DNA of 41,171 nt from a virus (IMGVR_UViG_2778261424_000010:1-41171); one strand, 5' to 3'. Shown: positions 7,902 through 16,820, counted from the stretch's first letter. Numbers and translations: made by a program. Notes: generated from the letters alone by a model not told the origin.

Positions 7902-8790
7902 CGTATCTAATTTAGCCGAAGCCAGAGAGGCCAGAAGGCTCCAGAAACCGCGCACGAATGACGGTAAGGGGTTTGCCTTGCTGCACCGTAAAATTATGGA
8001 TGTGCCGTTCTACAAGGATGCTGAGGCGGCTCATTTGTGGGTTCACCTGCTCCTGCGTGCCAATCACGAACAGACACTGGTATCCACGGATGTCGGCGAT
8101 GTGATCTGTGAACGCGGAGAGTTCATCACCGGGCGCAACACACTGGCAATGGAAACGGGTTTGACCGCTGATCGCGTTAAATCACTGCTCCGTAAATTCC
8201 AGAACCTGGGCATGATCACCACCAAATCGAACAACCGTTTTACTGTTCTAAAAGTGGTCAAATATGACGAATATCAGTCAAATTTTTGTCCAGCCGATGC
8301 CCAGCCAGTGTCCAGCGCAAACGCAGTTATATCAATGCCTGCGGAGGTGGAGTGTCCAGCCGATGTCCAGCCAGTGTCCACAGATAACAATATATTAAAT
8401 AACTCTCTTACTAACGTAAGAGAGTGTGCATCAGCAGCAGAAAAACCAGAGCAGAAAAAACCTTCTCTCAGCTGTGAGCAGGTAGTCGAGGTTTACCATC
8501 GCGTACTGCCTGAAGCCCAGAGCATCAGGATACTGACTGACAAGCGCCGTGCTCTGATCCGCACCTTCTGGCAGAAGGCCGGGAAAGTAACTCAGCAGCT
8601 CGACGGCCATAAGTTCACCTTGAGCGACTGGGAATCGTATCTGAGCTACATCGCCACTAACTGCCGCTGGATGCTGGAGAACCGCCCAGACCAGCGCACG
8701 GGACGCACATGGCGCCGCAAGGCTCTCGAATACTTCCTGAACGTGGATGTGTATGCCAAGACGCGCGAGGGGGCCTGTGATGACCTCTGA
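7894..8790 (+). CDS. Replication initiator (lambda O-like) containing origin iterons
   Basis: GTG start 7 nt after AGGAG; internal direct DNA repeats plus AT-rich tract; followed by overlapping DnaB-like helicase. Confidence 0.6.
   Translation: MGNVSNLAEAREARRLQKPRTNDGKGFALLHRKIMDVPFYKDAEAAHLWVHLLLRANHEQTLVSTDVGDVICERGEFITGRNTLAMETGLTADRVKSLLRKFQNLGMITTKSNNRFTVLKVVKYDEYQSNFCPADAQPVSSANAVISMPAEVECPADVQPVSTDNNILNNSLTNVRECASAAEKPEQKKPSLSCEQVVEVYHRVLPEAQSIRILTDKRRALIRTFWQKAGKVTQQLDGHKFTLSDWESYLSYIATNCRWMLENRPDQRTGRTWRRKALEYFLNVDVYAKTREGACDDL
8287..8381. repeat. Iteron-type direct repeats (putative ori) inside initiator gene
   Basis: TGTCCAGCCGATG(C/T)CCAGCCAGTGTCCA(G/C) at 8287-8315 and 8353-8381, followed by AT-rich segment. 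Confidence 0.5.
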
Positions 8791-10213
8791 AATCCTGACC
8801 GTACCCCACAACGTCGAAGCAGAGCAGAGCGTCATCGGCGGACTCCTGCTGGACGATGACAACAGCGAGCGTGTTCAAAAAGTGCTGGCAATGCTCAAGC
8901 CTGAGTCGTTTTACATCCGGGTTCATCAGATCGTCTTTGCTGAATTACGTGACATGTTCCGAGCTAACAAGCCAGTCGATGGGTTGACGCTTTTCGACTC
9001 TCTGGAAAGCAAAGGACTTACGGAGCAGATCGGCGGTTTCGCCTACATCGCGCAGATCGCAAAAAACACACCGAGCGCTGCAAACATCGTGGCATACGCT
9101 GCATCAGTCCGCGAAGCCGCAATGGAGCGCTATGGCATCAGCCGACTGACCGAAGCTACTGAGCTGCTGTATTCCCGCAATGGCATGAGCGCCACGCAGA
9201 AGTACGAGGCAATTCAGGGTGTTTTCACCCAACTCGCAGACCATTCAAAAACCGGAAGTCGTCGTGGGTTGCGGTCGTTCGGCGAGGTTATGGATGACTG
9301 GGTGGCAGATCTGGAGAAGCGATTTGACCCTTCAGGCGAACAGCGCGGAATGAGTACCGGAATCCCGTCACTCGACCGACTGCTGGCGCCGAAAGGTCTG
9401 GTTAAAGGCTCTCTGTTCGTGATTGGCGCAAGGCCAAAGATGGGCAAGACAACCCTATACGGGCAGATGGCGATCAACTGCGCGGTTCGTGAGAAAAAGC
9501 CAGCGCTGATGTTCAGCCTGGAAATGCCAGGCGACCAGATCCTCGAAAAACTGGTTGGTCAGAAGTCGGGCATTAACCCGAGCATTTTTTACATGCCCGC
9601 CACGGATGATGCCGATGACCAGTACCAGGGCGACTACGACGGCGACTTTAAGAAAGCGATCGCCACAGCCGGTCGGTTGAGTGAAATCGACATGCTATAC
9701 ATCGACGACACTCCAGGCCTGTCACTGGCGCACATCGTTAGCGAAAGCCGCCGAATCAAGCGCGAGAAGGGCTGCGTAGGAATGATTCTGGTTGACTACC
9801 TGACGCTGATGACCGCCGAAAAAGCCGACCGTAATGACCTGGCCTACGGGATGATCACCAAAGGTCTGAAGAATCTCGCAAAAGAGCTTGGCTGCGTCGT
9901 CGTGCTGCTGACCCAGCTCAACCGCGAACTGGAGAAGCGAGTGAATAAACGCCCGTTACCGAGCGATTCCCGCGACACAGGACAGATTGAGCAGGACTGC
10001 GACTACTGGGTTGGTATCCACCGGGAAGGTGCTTTCGATGACAGCGTGCCGCCGGGAGAAACCGAGTTAATCCTGCGACTCAATCGCCACGGCAGTACCG
10101 GAACGGTTTATTGCAATCAGATCAACGGGGCAATTTACGACACAGACCAGCAGGCCGCCGCCGCAGAACGCCGCGGGCGTGAGCAGCAGCCGAAAAAGAA
10201 AGGGGGATTCTGA
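8780..10213 (+). CDS. dnaB: Replicative DNA helicase (DnaB family)
   Basis: N-terminal EAEQSVIGGLLLD and Walker A GARPKMGKT; RecA-like C-terminal domain. Confidence 0.85.
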   Translation: MTSEILTVPHNVEAEQSVIGGLLLDDDNSERVQKVLAMLKPESFYIRVHQIVFAELRDMFRANKPVDGLTLFDSLESKGLTEQIGGFAYIAQIAKNTPSAANIVAYAASVREAAMERYGISRLTEATELLYSRNGMSATQKYEAIQGVFTQLADHSKTGSRRGLRSFGEVMDDWVADLEKRFDPSGEQRGMSTGIPSLDRLLAPKGLVKGSLFVIGARPKMGKTTLYGQMAINCAVREKKPALMFSLEMPGDQILEKLVGQKSGINPSIFYMPATDDADDQYQGDYDGDFKKAIATAGRLSEIDMLYIDDTPGLSLAHIVSESRRIKREKGCVGMILVDYLTLMTAEKADRNDLAYGMITKGLKNLAKELGCVVVLLTQLNRELEKRVNKRPLPSDSRDTGQIEQDCDYWVGIHREGAFDDSVPPGETELILRLNRHGSTGTVYCNQINGAIYDTDQQAAAAERRGREQQPKKKGGF

Positions 10214-10557
10214 TGACCATAACAATCCACGGGCAGATTCATGCAGCCCTGCGTAACAACCCGGGCCTGAACAGTGCTCGTATTGCCAGCATGATCGGCA
10301 TGACCACCAAAAAGATTTCCGGCCCGTTAAGCACGTTGTTTGCAGACGGCCTGATCGAGTTCGAAGGTAAGCATGGCCAGCGGCTGTATCGGCTGACCAG
10401 CTACGGAATGAAATACGCACCGGAAACCATACCTGCCATGCCGAAGGGTAATTCGAAGCTGGTGCAGCGCACAGAGAAAAACGTGATCTGCCAGGAGTGC
10501 CGCAACAGCGCGGCTATGAAGCGAGTATTGATGGTTTGGGGGAGGGCAGGGGTATGA
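10213..10557 (+). CDS. Hypothetical protein (possible winged-helix)
   Basis: 114-aa ORF coupled to neighbours; ends GRAGV with 18-bp junction repeat. Confidence 0.4.
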   Translation: MTITIHGQIHAALRNNPGLNSARIASMIGMTTKKISGPLSTLFADGLIEFEGKHGQRLYRLTSYGMKYAPETIPAMPKGNSKLVQRTEKNVICQECRNSAAMKRVLMVWGRAGV

Positions 10558-10802
10558 GCGAATGGAGTGATTATCGCTGGATGGTTAGGACCATGGCGAA
10601 GGATAACGGTGTAACGCTCATCAGCATCGCCAAGCACTGCGGCGTATCGAACAGGAAACTTAATCAGATTCTCCAAGCGGGGCCATCCAAAGAACAGGAA
10701 GAACTCATAGCCGAAGCTCTGGGCTGCGCAGGGTGTGACCTTGCGGAAATCCACAGGCAAATGGGCGAGTTATCAGACAAGTACGGGAGGGCAGGGGTAT
10801 GA
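10554..10802 (+). CDS. Hypothetical protein
   Basis: ATG inside GGGAGGGCAGGGGTATGA junction; ends GRAGV again. Confidence 0.4.
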   Translation: MSEWSDYRWMVRTMAKDNGVTLISIAKHCGVSNRKLNQILQAGPSKEQEELIAEALGCAGCDLAEIHRQMGELSDKYGRAGV

Positions 10803-11095
10803 AAATTTACATCGCAGGACCAATGACAGGTTACGAAAATTACAACCGTCCGATGTTTAACGCAGTAGCACAGCAGATGTTATCAGGTGGTCATGTGGCA
10901 TTAAATCCGGCCACGCTCCCGGATGGTTTATCTCAGCGTGAGTATATGGACATCTGCCTGGCGATGCTTCGCTGCGCCGACGCCATTCACATGCTGCATG
11001 GGTGGCAAGAGTCGGAAGGTGCCGTCGCTGAGCATGCCATGGCTAAAAAGCTGGGAATTAAAATTTCTTACCAATTTGAAGGAGCTGCCGCATGA
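10799..11095 (+). CDS. DUF4406-like / nucleoside 2-deoxyribosyltransferase-like small protein
   Basis: 98-aa ORF MKIYIAGPMTG...; resembles DUF4406 family by memory. Confidence 0.45.
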   Translation: MKIYIAGPMTGYENYNRPMFNAVAQQMLSGGHVALNPATLPDGLSQREYMDICLAMLRCADAIHMLHGWQESEGAVAEHAMAKKLGIKISYQFEGAAA

Positions 11096-11388
11096 AACCA
11101 ACATACGAAGAACTTGAAGCCAAGTGCGCGGCTCTGGCTGCGGAGAATGCGGGGCTGAATAACTTCATTAAGGCTGATTGCTGGGTCTGGGATGACAAAG
11201 CCGAAGAATATATCGACGCAGTTGATTGTATGCCAGAAATCCCGGCAACAGACGCTTTCCTGGCTGAAGTGCGGGCCAGCGGTGTGGAGATGCTTGCCAG
11301 AGAAACAGAAAAACTCGGATGGCATGAATCAACAGTAAGATTTGTGCTGAAGTTCGCTGCCCAAATTCGTAAAGGAGCGCAGTCATGA
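11092..11388 (+). CDS. Hypothetical protein
   Basis: 98-aa coupled ORF. Confidence 0.35.
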   Translation: MKPTYEELEAKCAALAAENAGLNNFIKADCWVWDDKAEEYIDAVDCMPEIPATDAFLAEVRASGVEMLARETEKLGWHESTVRFVLKFAAQIRKGAQS

Positions 11389-11570
11389 AAAACCGTAAAG
11401 CCAAAATCATCGTTCTTCGCGCTCTGAAAAACTGCTACCCGCGCCAATGGCTGAATGTAAGCAATCGACGCATGGTTCTCTTCACGCTCGGTGGTGTTAG
11501 CCGTGAAGGGCATCAATTCAAAAAGAGCGCAGCACAGAATCGCTGGAAGAATCATGTGAGGTTCCAATGA
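11385..11570 (+). CDS. Hypothetical small basic protein
   Basis: 61-aa coupled ORF. Confidence 0.3.
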   Translation: MKNRKAKIIVLRALKNCYPRQWLNVSNRRMVLFTLGGVSREGHQFKKSAAQNRWKNHVRFQ

Positions 11571-12322
11571 GCAACATCGACAAACATGCCGTCCAAGCAG
11601 TTGCCGATTTGAAAGCTGGTTACACCCTCGGTCACGCTGATGTGGCAATCCTGAACGAGTTGGCGCGTATCGCGCTGGCATCGCTCGAAGCGGAGGCTGT
11701 GGCTGATGTTGTCGCATGGTCTTCGCCAAACGAAGAGCGAACCTGTGATATCCGTATGCGTCGTCATGATATCAAGCCTGGCTCGCTCTACACCGCACCG
11801 CCAGCGCCGGAATTCTACAAGATAGGTGACGCCACCATGCGCCACATCTTCACGCCCGCTGTCATAACTGATGTTTCTGACATGCAGGCTGTGTTTGACC
11901 AGATTGAAACCGTGTTGGCAGGAATGTGGCAGCCAGCACCGGTATCTGTGCCTGATGAGCTAACCCGCGAAGAGTACAAGCGTCGGTTCATGGAAGATGA
12001 CTCTTTTGATGACACTTTCCGAGGTGGCTGGAACGCCTGCCGCGCCGCCATGCTTCATGGTGCCGAACCTGTAAGTAATCGTGATGAGTTGACAGACGGT
12101 TGGGTGGCTTGCAGTAAGCGGATGCCAAGCCCATCAACAGGTGTGATAGTTGCTGCGCCATGGCAATCAGCTCCTGGCGGCTATGCAATGAAGTGGGCAA
12201 CAAATTGCCCTGGGCATCCGGATGCAGATATAGATGGCTGGATTATACCAGGAGCATCATGGAGCCCAACCCACTGGATGCCGCTGCCGGCAGCGCCGCA
12301 GCAGGAAGATATTATTTGCTGA
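11567..12322 (+). CDS. Hypothetical protein with DUF551-like C-terminus
   Basis: 251-aa ORF; C-terminal W/P-rich segment (WIIPGASWSPTHWMPLP). Confidence 0.4.
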   Translation: MSNIDKHAVQAVADLKAGYTLGHADVAILNELARIALASLEAEAVADVVAWSSPNEERTCDIRMRRHDIKPGSLYTAPPAPEFYKIGDATMRHIFTPAVITDVSDMQAVFDQIETVLAGMWQPAPVSVPDELTREEYKRRFMEDDSFDDTFRGGWNACRAAMLHGAEPVSNRDELTDGWVACSKRMPSPSTGVIVAAPWQSAPGGYAMKWATNCPGHPDADIDGWIIPGASWSPTHWMPLPAAPQQEDIIC

Positions 12323-12323
12323 T

Positions 12324-12761
12324 CTAAGATGGTCTGTATGTAACAACCACCCCTAACTTACTGCCTACCGCATTGAGAGAATTAGAAATAGTTGTATAGG
12401 TTTCTTTGGGGGTGGTGTTTCTTCCTTCTTCTAAAATAGACGCAATAAGATTCAGATTCCACGAGGCCTTAAGGACATCTTTGTATCGAGGAAGGAGACG
12501 TAAAGTAGCCAACATTCCATACAAGGGTATGGCATTAGATTTTGACAACAGCAAAGCTGACGCCTGTTTGATTTCGTTTATTACTTCGCTTTTCGCATTG
12601 ATGCTAAGGATTTTATTTTGCTCACGCAGGAGAATGGCCGAAACCATCCCCAAATGTTCCTTGAATGAAATGTAAGGATCAAGCATGGATTTTACAAATA
12701 TCTGACCCAACACAAACACTGAAACACCAGTAATGACGGTAGTAAACACCCCATTATTCAT
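12324..12761 (-). CDS. Antisense cargo gene: N-terminally membrane-anchored 145-aa protein, unknown function
   Basis: AT-rich ORF on opposite strand to flanking nin genes; N-terminal TM VFTTVITGVSVFVLGQIFV. Confidence 0.5.
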   Translation of the reverse strand: MNNGVFTTVITGVSVFVLGQIFVKSMLDPYISFKEHLGMVSAILLREQNKILSINAKSEVINEIKQASALLLSKSNAIPLYGMLATLRLLPRYKDVLKASWNLNLIASILEEGRNTTPKETYTTISNSLNAVGSKLGVVVTYRPS

Positions 12762-12821
12762 AACCAGGCCATCCCTTCTGTTTTTTATCCCGATATCATA
12801 ATCTACGGATTGTTTAACAAG

Positions 12822-12959
12822 CTAGATCAAATCCAGCCTTCCCTGAAGTACTAATTGCAAATGTATTTTGTGAATCATCCCGGCGGGTAGAGATTTATAA
12901 ACCAGCATCAAGACACCAATGGCCTCTTCGAAGGCCTTTCTCTTATGTTGATTTTCCAT
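12822..12959 (-). CDS. Small hydrophobic ORF (about 45 aa) upstream of antisense cargo gene
   Basis: MENQHKRKAFEEAIGVLMLVYKSLPAGMIHKIHLQLVLQGRLDLI; same strand, 60 nt upstream of 12324-12761 gene. Confidence 0.3.
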   Translation of the reverse strand: MENQHKRKAFEEAIGVLMLVYKSLPAGMIHKIHLQLVLQGRLDLI

Positions 12960-13129
12960 AATCAACCAGCCATAATTTAACCGTCGTCGGAGTTGAACGC
13001 CCGACGGTAAGACTTCTGCGCATTTAAGGGGACTTAAATGCGACCACAATATGAACTTCTCACCTTGTCACAGATGCAGAAATGCACCTGCGATTTTCTG
13101 TATTCTGCGTTACCTCTCGGAGGTGGCGT

Positions 13130-13567
13130 ATGAAACAGCCTGTTTTCTACCTCCGCGACGAACGCGTTCGCGATAACCTCATCGACTACATCAGGAAGCT
13201 GCCTGTTAACGACGCTCTGCCGCTCGTGGTGAAGTTTTCTGAGGCTGACCGCACTCTCGCCCAAAACGACCTCTTCCACGCTCTCTGTGGCGATACAGCG
13301 AAGCAATTGCAATGGGCTGGCAAGTCGCGCGACCTCGCTTCATGGAAAGTCCTGTATGTCTCAGGCCATGCCATTGCCACCGGTAAGCCTGGTGAAGTGG
13401 TGCCGGGTCTGGAAGGGGAGTTCTGCGCCATCCGGGAAAGCACTGCGAAGATGGGCATCCGTCGCATGACCAGTCTCATCGAATACAGCCAGGCATTTGC
13501 TGTGCAAAACGGCGTGCAACTCCGTGAAGTTCGCTACTCAGGTGATTACTTCGGGAGGGTTGCGTAA
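13130..13567 (+). CDS. ninB: NinB (Orf-family recombination protein)
   Basis: MKQPVFYLRDERVRDNLIDYIRKLP... resembles lambda NinB; nin-region context. Confidence 0.7.
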   Translation: MKQPVFYLRDERVRDNLIDYIRKLPVNDALPLVVKFSEADRTLAQNDLFHALCGDTAKQLQWAGKSRDLASWKVLYVSGHAIATGKPGEVVPGLEGEFCAIRESTAKMGIRRMTSLIEYSQAFAVQNGVQLREVRYSGDYFGRVA

Positions 13568-13737
13568 TGGCTAGCCCTCTCGCTCGCATCATCACCAACG
13601 AAATCTACCGGGTCCGGACACGCACTAAGCGCAAGCCTGAACTCAAGCCATCCGAAATCCCATCACTGCTCGGCTACACCGCGCGACTGACCCAGGTGAA
13701 ATGGGATCGCCTGAAAGCGCGGAGGTCACATGGCTAA
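13567..13737 (+). CDS. ninE: NinE-like small basic protein
   Basis: 56-aa hand-translated ORF (…KRKPELKPSEIP…VKWDRLKARR) between ninB and ybcO-like gene. Confidence 0.45.
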   Translation: MASPLARIITNEIYRVRTRTKRKPELKPSEIPSLLGYTARLTQVKWDRLKARRSHG

Positions 13738-14020
13738 TTTATGCAAAGCGGCACGCGGCCGCGATTGTCAGGTGCGGATCCCCGGCGTATGCAACGGCAA
13801 TCCTGAAACCTCAGTACTGGCTCACATACGTCTTGCTGGTCTATGCGGGACCGGAATCAAGCCGCCTGACCTGATCGCCACCATCGCATGCAGCAGTTGC
13901 CACGACGAGATTGATCGCCGCACCCGTCTGGTCGATGCGGAATTTGCAAAGGAGTGCGCGCTGGAAGGCATGGCTCGCACGCAGGTCATCTGGCTTAAAG
14001 AGGGGCTCGTGAAAGCATGA
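13730..14020 (+). CDS. YbcO-like (DUF1364) putative metal-dependent nuclease
   Basis: 96-aa Cys-rich ORF ([11 protein letters not shown]..., [11 protein letters not shown]) upstream of rusA. Confidence 0.5.
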   Translation: MANLCKAARGRDCQVRIPGVCNGNPETSVLAHIRLAGLCGTGIKPPDLIATIACSSCHDEIDRRTRLVDAEFAKECALEGMARTQVIWLKEGLVKA

Positions 14021-14379
14021 ATGAATACCGCATTAGCCTCCCGTGGCCGCCGAGCAACAACCGCTACTACCGGCATAACCGCGGGCGCACGCACATCAGC
14101 ACAGAGGGGCAGGCGTACCGCGACAGTGTCGCCAGAATCATCAAAGACTCAATGCTGGATATCGGCCTGGCTACACCCGTGAAAATCCGCATTGAGTGCC
14201 ACATGCCGGATCGCCGTCGCCGTGACCTGGATAATCTGCAAAAGGCCGCTTTTGACGCACTCACCAAAGCAGGTTTCTGGCTGGACGATGCTCAGGTCGT
14301 TGATTATCGCGTTGTGAAGATGCCCGTTACCAAAGGTGGAAAGCTGGAACTGACAATCACCGGGCTGGAGGCCGTATGA
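14017..14379 (+). CDS. rusA: RusA Holliday-junction resolvase
   Basis: 120-aa ORF; [11 protein letters not shown]... and [13 protein letters not shown] motifs typical of RusA. Confidence 0.85.
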   Translation: MNEYRISLPWPPSNNRYYRHNRGRTHISTEGQAYRDSVARIIKDSMLDIGLATPVKIRIECHMPDRRRRDLDNLQKAAFDALTKAGFWLDDAQVVDYRVVKMPVTKGGKLELTITGLEAV

Positions 14380-14512
14380 CATTTGAATCCTGTTTTTCCG
14401 ATCACCTCCGCGTTCGCTGGCAGCGGCTTCGCTTATACCACTTTCCCGGCTCTGTGCTAACGGACTACCGGATACTGAAGAATTACGTGAAAACTTATGC
14501 TGGAGAAGCGCT

Positions 14513-15295
14513 ATGAACCTTGAAAACACAGTGAAATACCACTTCGCTAAATCCACACTGATTAGCGATTCTCCGCGCGCTACCGCCTCCGATTCACTGA
14601 CCGGTACCGACATAATGGCTGCCATGGGCATGACGCAGGAACGCGCCGCAATGGGTTACAGCGCCTTCCTCGGCAAGATGGGCATAAGCAATAACGACCG
14701 GGATCGGGCGATCGGTCTGCTGGCTGAGTACGCGATGACAAAATGCGACAAGGTTGCCGCACTGCGTAAGCTCGGTGCCGCGGTTAAACCTCAGGTGATG
14801 CACCAGTTGGCCACCTTCGCTTTTGAGGACTATTCCCGCAGCGCTGCCAGCGTGAAGCAGTGCGATTGTTGTGACGGTCAGGGCTTCATTGAGGCTGACG
14901 TGTTTACCAATAAATTCCGTAAGCCAGAAGGGAGAATGACCGTGTCCGGGATGGTGAAGGTCAAAGAATCCATCAAAGTGCTATGCAAAAAGTGTAATGG
15001 CTCTGGTGTGGTTAGTGCTTCTTGCAGTGATTGCCATGGGCGCGGCAAGGCAGTGAACCAGGCTCTTACTGAGAAACAGGGCGTTCCTGTTCTGGCTGAC
15101 TGTAAGCGCTGCGGAGGGCGTGGGTATGAACGACTTCCGTCGACTGAAGCCTATGCTGCTGTATGCCAGATTACTGACGCCATTAGCCTGGACACCTGGA
15201 AAAAGTCTGTTAAGCCATTCTACGACCTGCTGATCACGAAATTTGATATCGAAGAGTCCTGGGCCGAAAAACAGCTTAAGCAGATAACGCGGTAA
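14513..15295 (+). CDS. Putative late-gene antiterminator (Q-like) with four CxxCxGxG zinc-finger repeats
   Basis: Position between rusA and lysis cassette; followed by terminator; CDCCDGQG, CKKCNGSG, CSDCHGRG, CKRCGGRG repeats. Confidence 0.5.
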   Translation: MNLENTVKYHFAKSTLISDSPRATASDSLTGTDIMAAMGMTQERAAMGYSAFLGKMGISNNDRDRAIGLLAEYAMTKCDKVAALRKLGAAVKPQVMHQLATFAFEDYSRSAASVKQCDCCDGQGFIEADVFTNKFRKPEGRMTVSGMVKVKESIKVLCKKCNGSGVVSASCSDCHGRGKAVNQALTEKQGVPVLADCKRCGGRGYERLPSTEAYAAVCQITDAISLDTWKKSVKPFYDLLITKFDIEESWAEKQLKQITR

Positions 15296-15394
15296 CGCCT
15301 ATAGCGATAGCCTATGATTTTGTCTTGGGCTATTTACTTTTCCCGAATCTGTGTTAATTTTGTCCCAACGATGGGTTAATGCCTTCGTTTCAAG

Positions 15395-15422
15395 CCCTGC
15401 GGATAACACCGTGGGGTTTTTT
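15395..15422 (+). terminator. Rho-independent terminator (tR'-like) downstream of Q-like gene
   Basis: CCCUGCGG-AUAACA-CCGUGGGG hairpin followed by UUUUUU. Confidence 0.55.
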
Positions 15423-15499
15423 GCGTTTCTGGAGACAGCAATACCAAGGTTCGAGACATTCAGGTAAAATTGATGCATTACAGGATGTGAGGTTGGGGA

Positions 15500-16069
15500 A
15501 TGAATAATCTACCCGATGATTACTTTTTGGATGCGGACGACGAACTCGTTGCTTTTCTGGAGAAGCAGGGCGAGGATTGTATACGCGAAATTCACCAGTC
15601 CAACGCACTAAACAAAGAAAATGGCCAGAAGTTATTGAGTATACTCATTGCTGGCGTGGGCTCGTCATTTTTGTTATTAACGCAACGTACAGGTTTTGAT
15701 TACCTCACCGCTGGAATGTCTGTTTTTTTAGTCTACTGGGCAATGTGTGCGGCTTATCTTGTTCGCTGCGTCCTCGTTGTAAGGTCACGAGCTCTCGTGT
15801 CATCGACACCCTATGCGCTTTACCATGATGGCTATAAAGGGTTTACTGAAGATGATTACACTGGTTTTGAGTCGAAAGGATTTTCAGGAAAGCGTTCAAC
15901 ATTGAACGTCTTGCGGCGCTACCGGCTTGCGGATTTAACCAGAATGGCTGAAATGAGTAAAAAAGAGAATGCCAGAATAGGCCGAGAACTAGAAAGGGTA
16001 AGGATCGCTACAATCCTCACCCCTGTTTGTGCACTTGTAATCTCAGTACTTACTTACCTTTTTTTCTGA
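15500..16069 (+). CDS. Cargo gene in Q-to-lysis slot: 189-aa predicted three-TM membrane protein
   Basis: Lies between late terminator and holin; hydrophobic segments at about aa 45-60, 73-94 and C-terminus. Confidence 0.5.
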   Translation: MNNLPDDYFLDADDELVAFLEKQGEDCIREIHQSNALNKENGQKLLSILIAGVGSSFLLLTQRTGFDYLTAGMSVFLVYWAMCAAYLVRCVLVVRSRALVSSTPYALYHDGYKGFTEDDYTGFESKGFSGKRSTLNVLRRYRLADLTRMAEMSKKENARIGRELERVRIATILTPVCALVISVLTYLFF

Positions 16070-16199
16070 TGTTTTCAGCAGAATCGGCAACAAAGGTATA
16101 ACCTGTCCTCAGATTTCTTTCGGCTGGCTGTGGAGCCGGTTTAGGCTGTGGTGCGGGTTGAGGCTTATTTTCTCCAGATGGTTTGTTTGATTCACTCAT
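16050..16199 (-). CDS. Small Pro-rich antisense ORF (49 aa), hypothetical
   Basis: Hand-translated MSESNKPSGENKPQPAPQPKPAPQPAERNL...; GGAGA SD 6 nt upstream of ATG. Confidence 0.25.
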   Translation of the reverse strand: MSESNKPSGENKPQPAPQPKPAPQPAERNLRTGYTFVADSAENIRKKGK

Positions 16200-16292
16200 A
16201 TAATTCTCCATGTTTGATAGGGTTATTTTTGGCGATTTAACGATATCAAATACAGTGATTTGCTGCTAGAGCATGCACTTATCTATAACTCG

Positions 16293-16320
16293 CCCCGGCA
16301 CCCGCTGGGGCTTTTTTATT
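16293..16320 (+). terminator. Rho-independent terminator upstream of holin
   Basis: CCCCGGC-ACCC-GCTGGGG hairpin followed by CTTTTTTATTT. Confidence 0.45.
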
Positions 16321-16433
16321 TCCGGCTCACGGTAATCATCCGCTACGTGCTTTGTTGATAAATCCAACCCGTGAAGCCTGAGCCTATTTCCCCTCATACC
16401 TGAGAGGACTCACAGCAATTAAGAGGGGGCTAA

Positions 16434-16820
16434 ATGTCCGATCCAATTTCCGGTACTGGGCTGGCTGGTGGTGCCCTGACGGGTGCCAGTGTTTATGGAC
16501 TGCTGACCGGAACTGATTACGGCGTTGTATTTGGCGCATTTGCAGGGGCTGTATTCTACATAGCAACAGCAGCGGATCTGAGCGCATCGCGCCGACTGGC
16601 ATATTTTATCGTGTCGTATATTGCCGGGATCCTTTGCTCTGGGTTGGTTGGCTCCAAGCTGGCAAGCTTGACCGGATACAGTGATAAACCTCTGGATGCC
16701 ATTGGTGCCGTAATCGTATCTGCTTTAGCCGTTAAGATCCTGACGTTCCTGAATAATCAGGATATCGGGTCGCTGGTGGCGCTCATAACGCGCCGGGGAG
16801 GTTCAGGTGGAGCTAAATGA
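16434..16820 (+). CDS. Holin
   Basis: 128-aa Gly/Ala-rich multi-TM protein at head of lysis cassette. Confidence 0.65.
   Translation: MSDPISGTGLAGGALTGASVYGLLTGTDYGVVFGAFAGAVFYIATAADLSASRRLAYFIVSYIAGILCSGLVGSKLASLTGYSDKPLDAIGAVIVSALAVKILTFLNNQDIGSLVALITRRGGSGGAK

Noticed and set aside
8287-8381. Possible CRISPR array
   Set aside because: Only two repeat units, inside a coding sequence, no cas genes; consistent with origin iterons. No CRISPR-like repeat-spacer array seen anywhere in the window.
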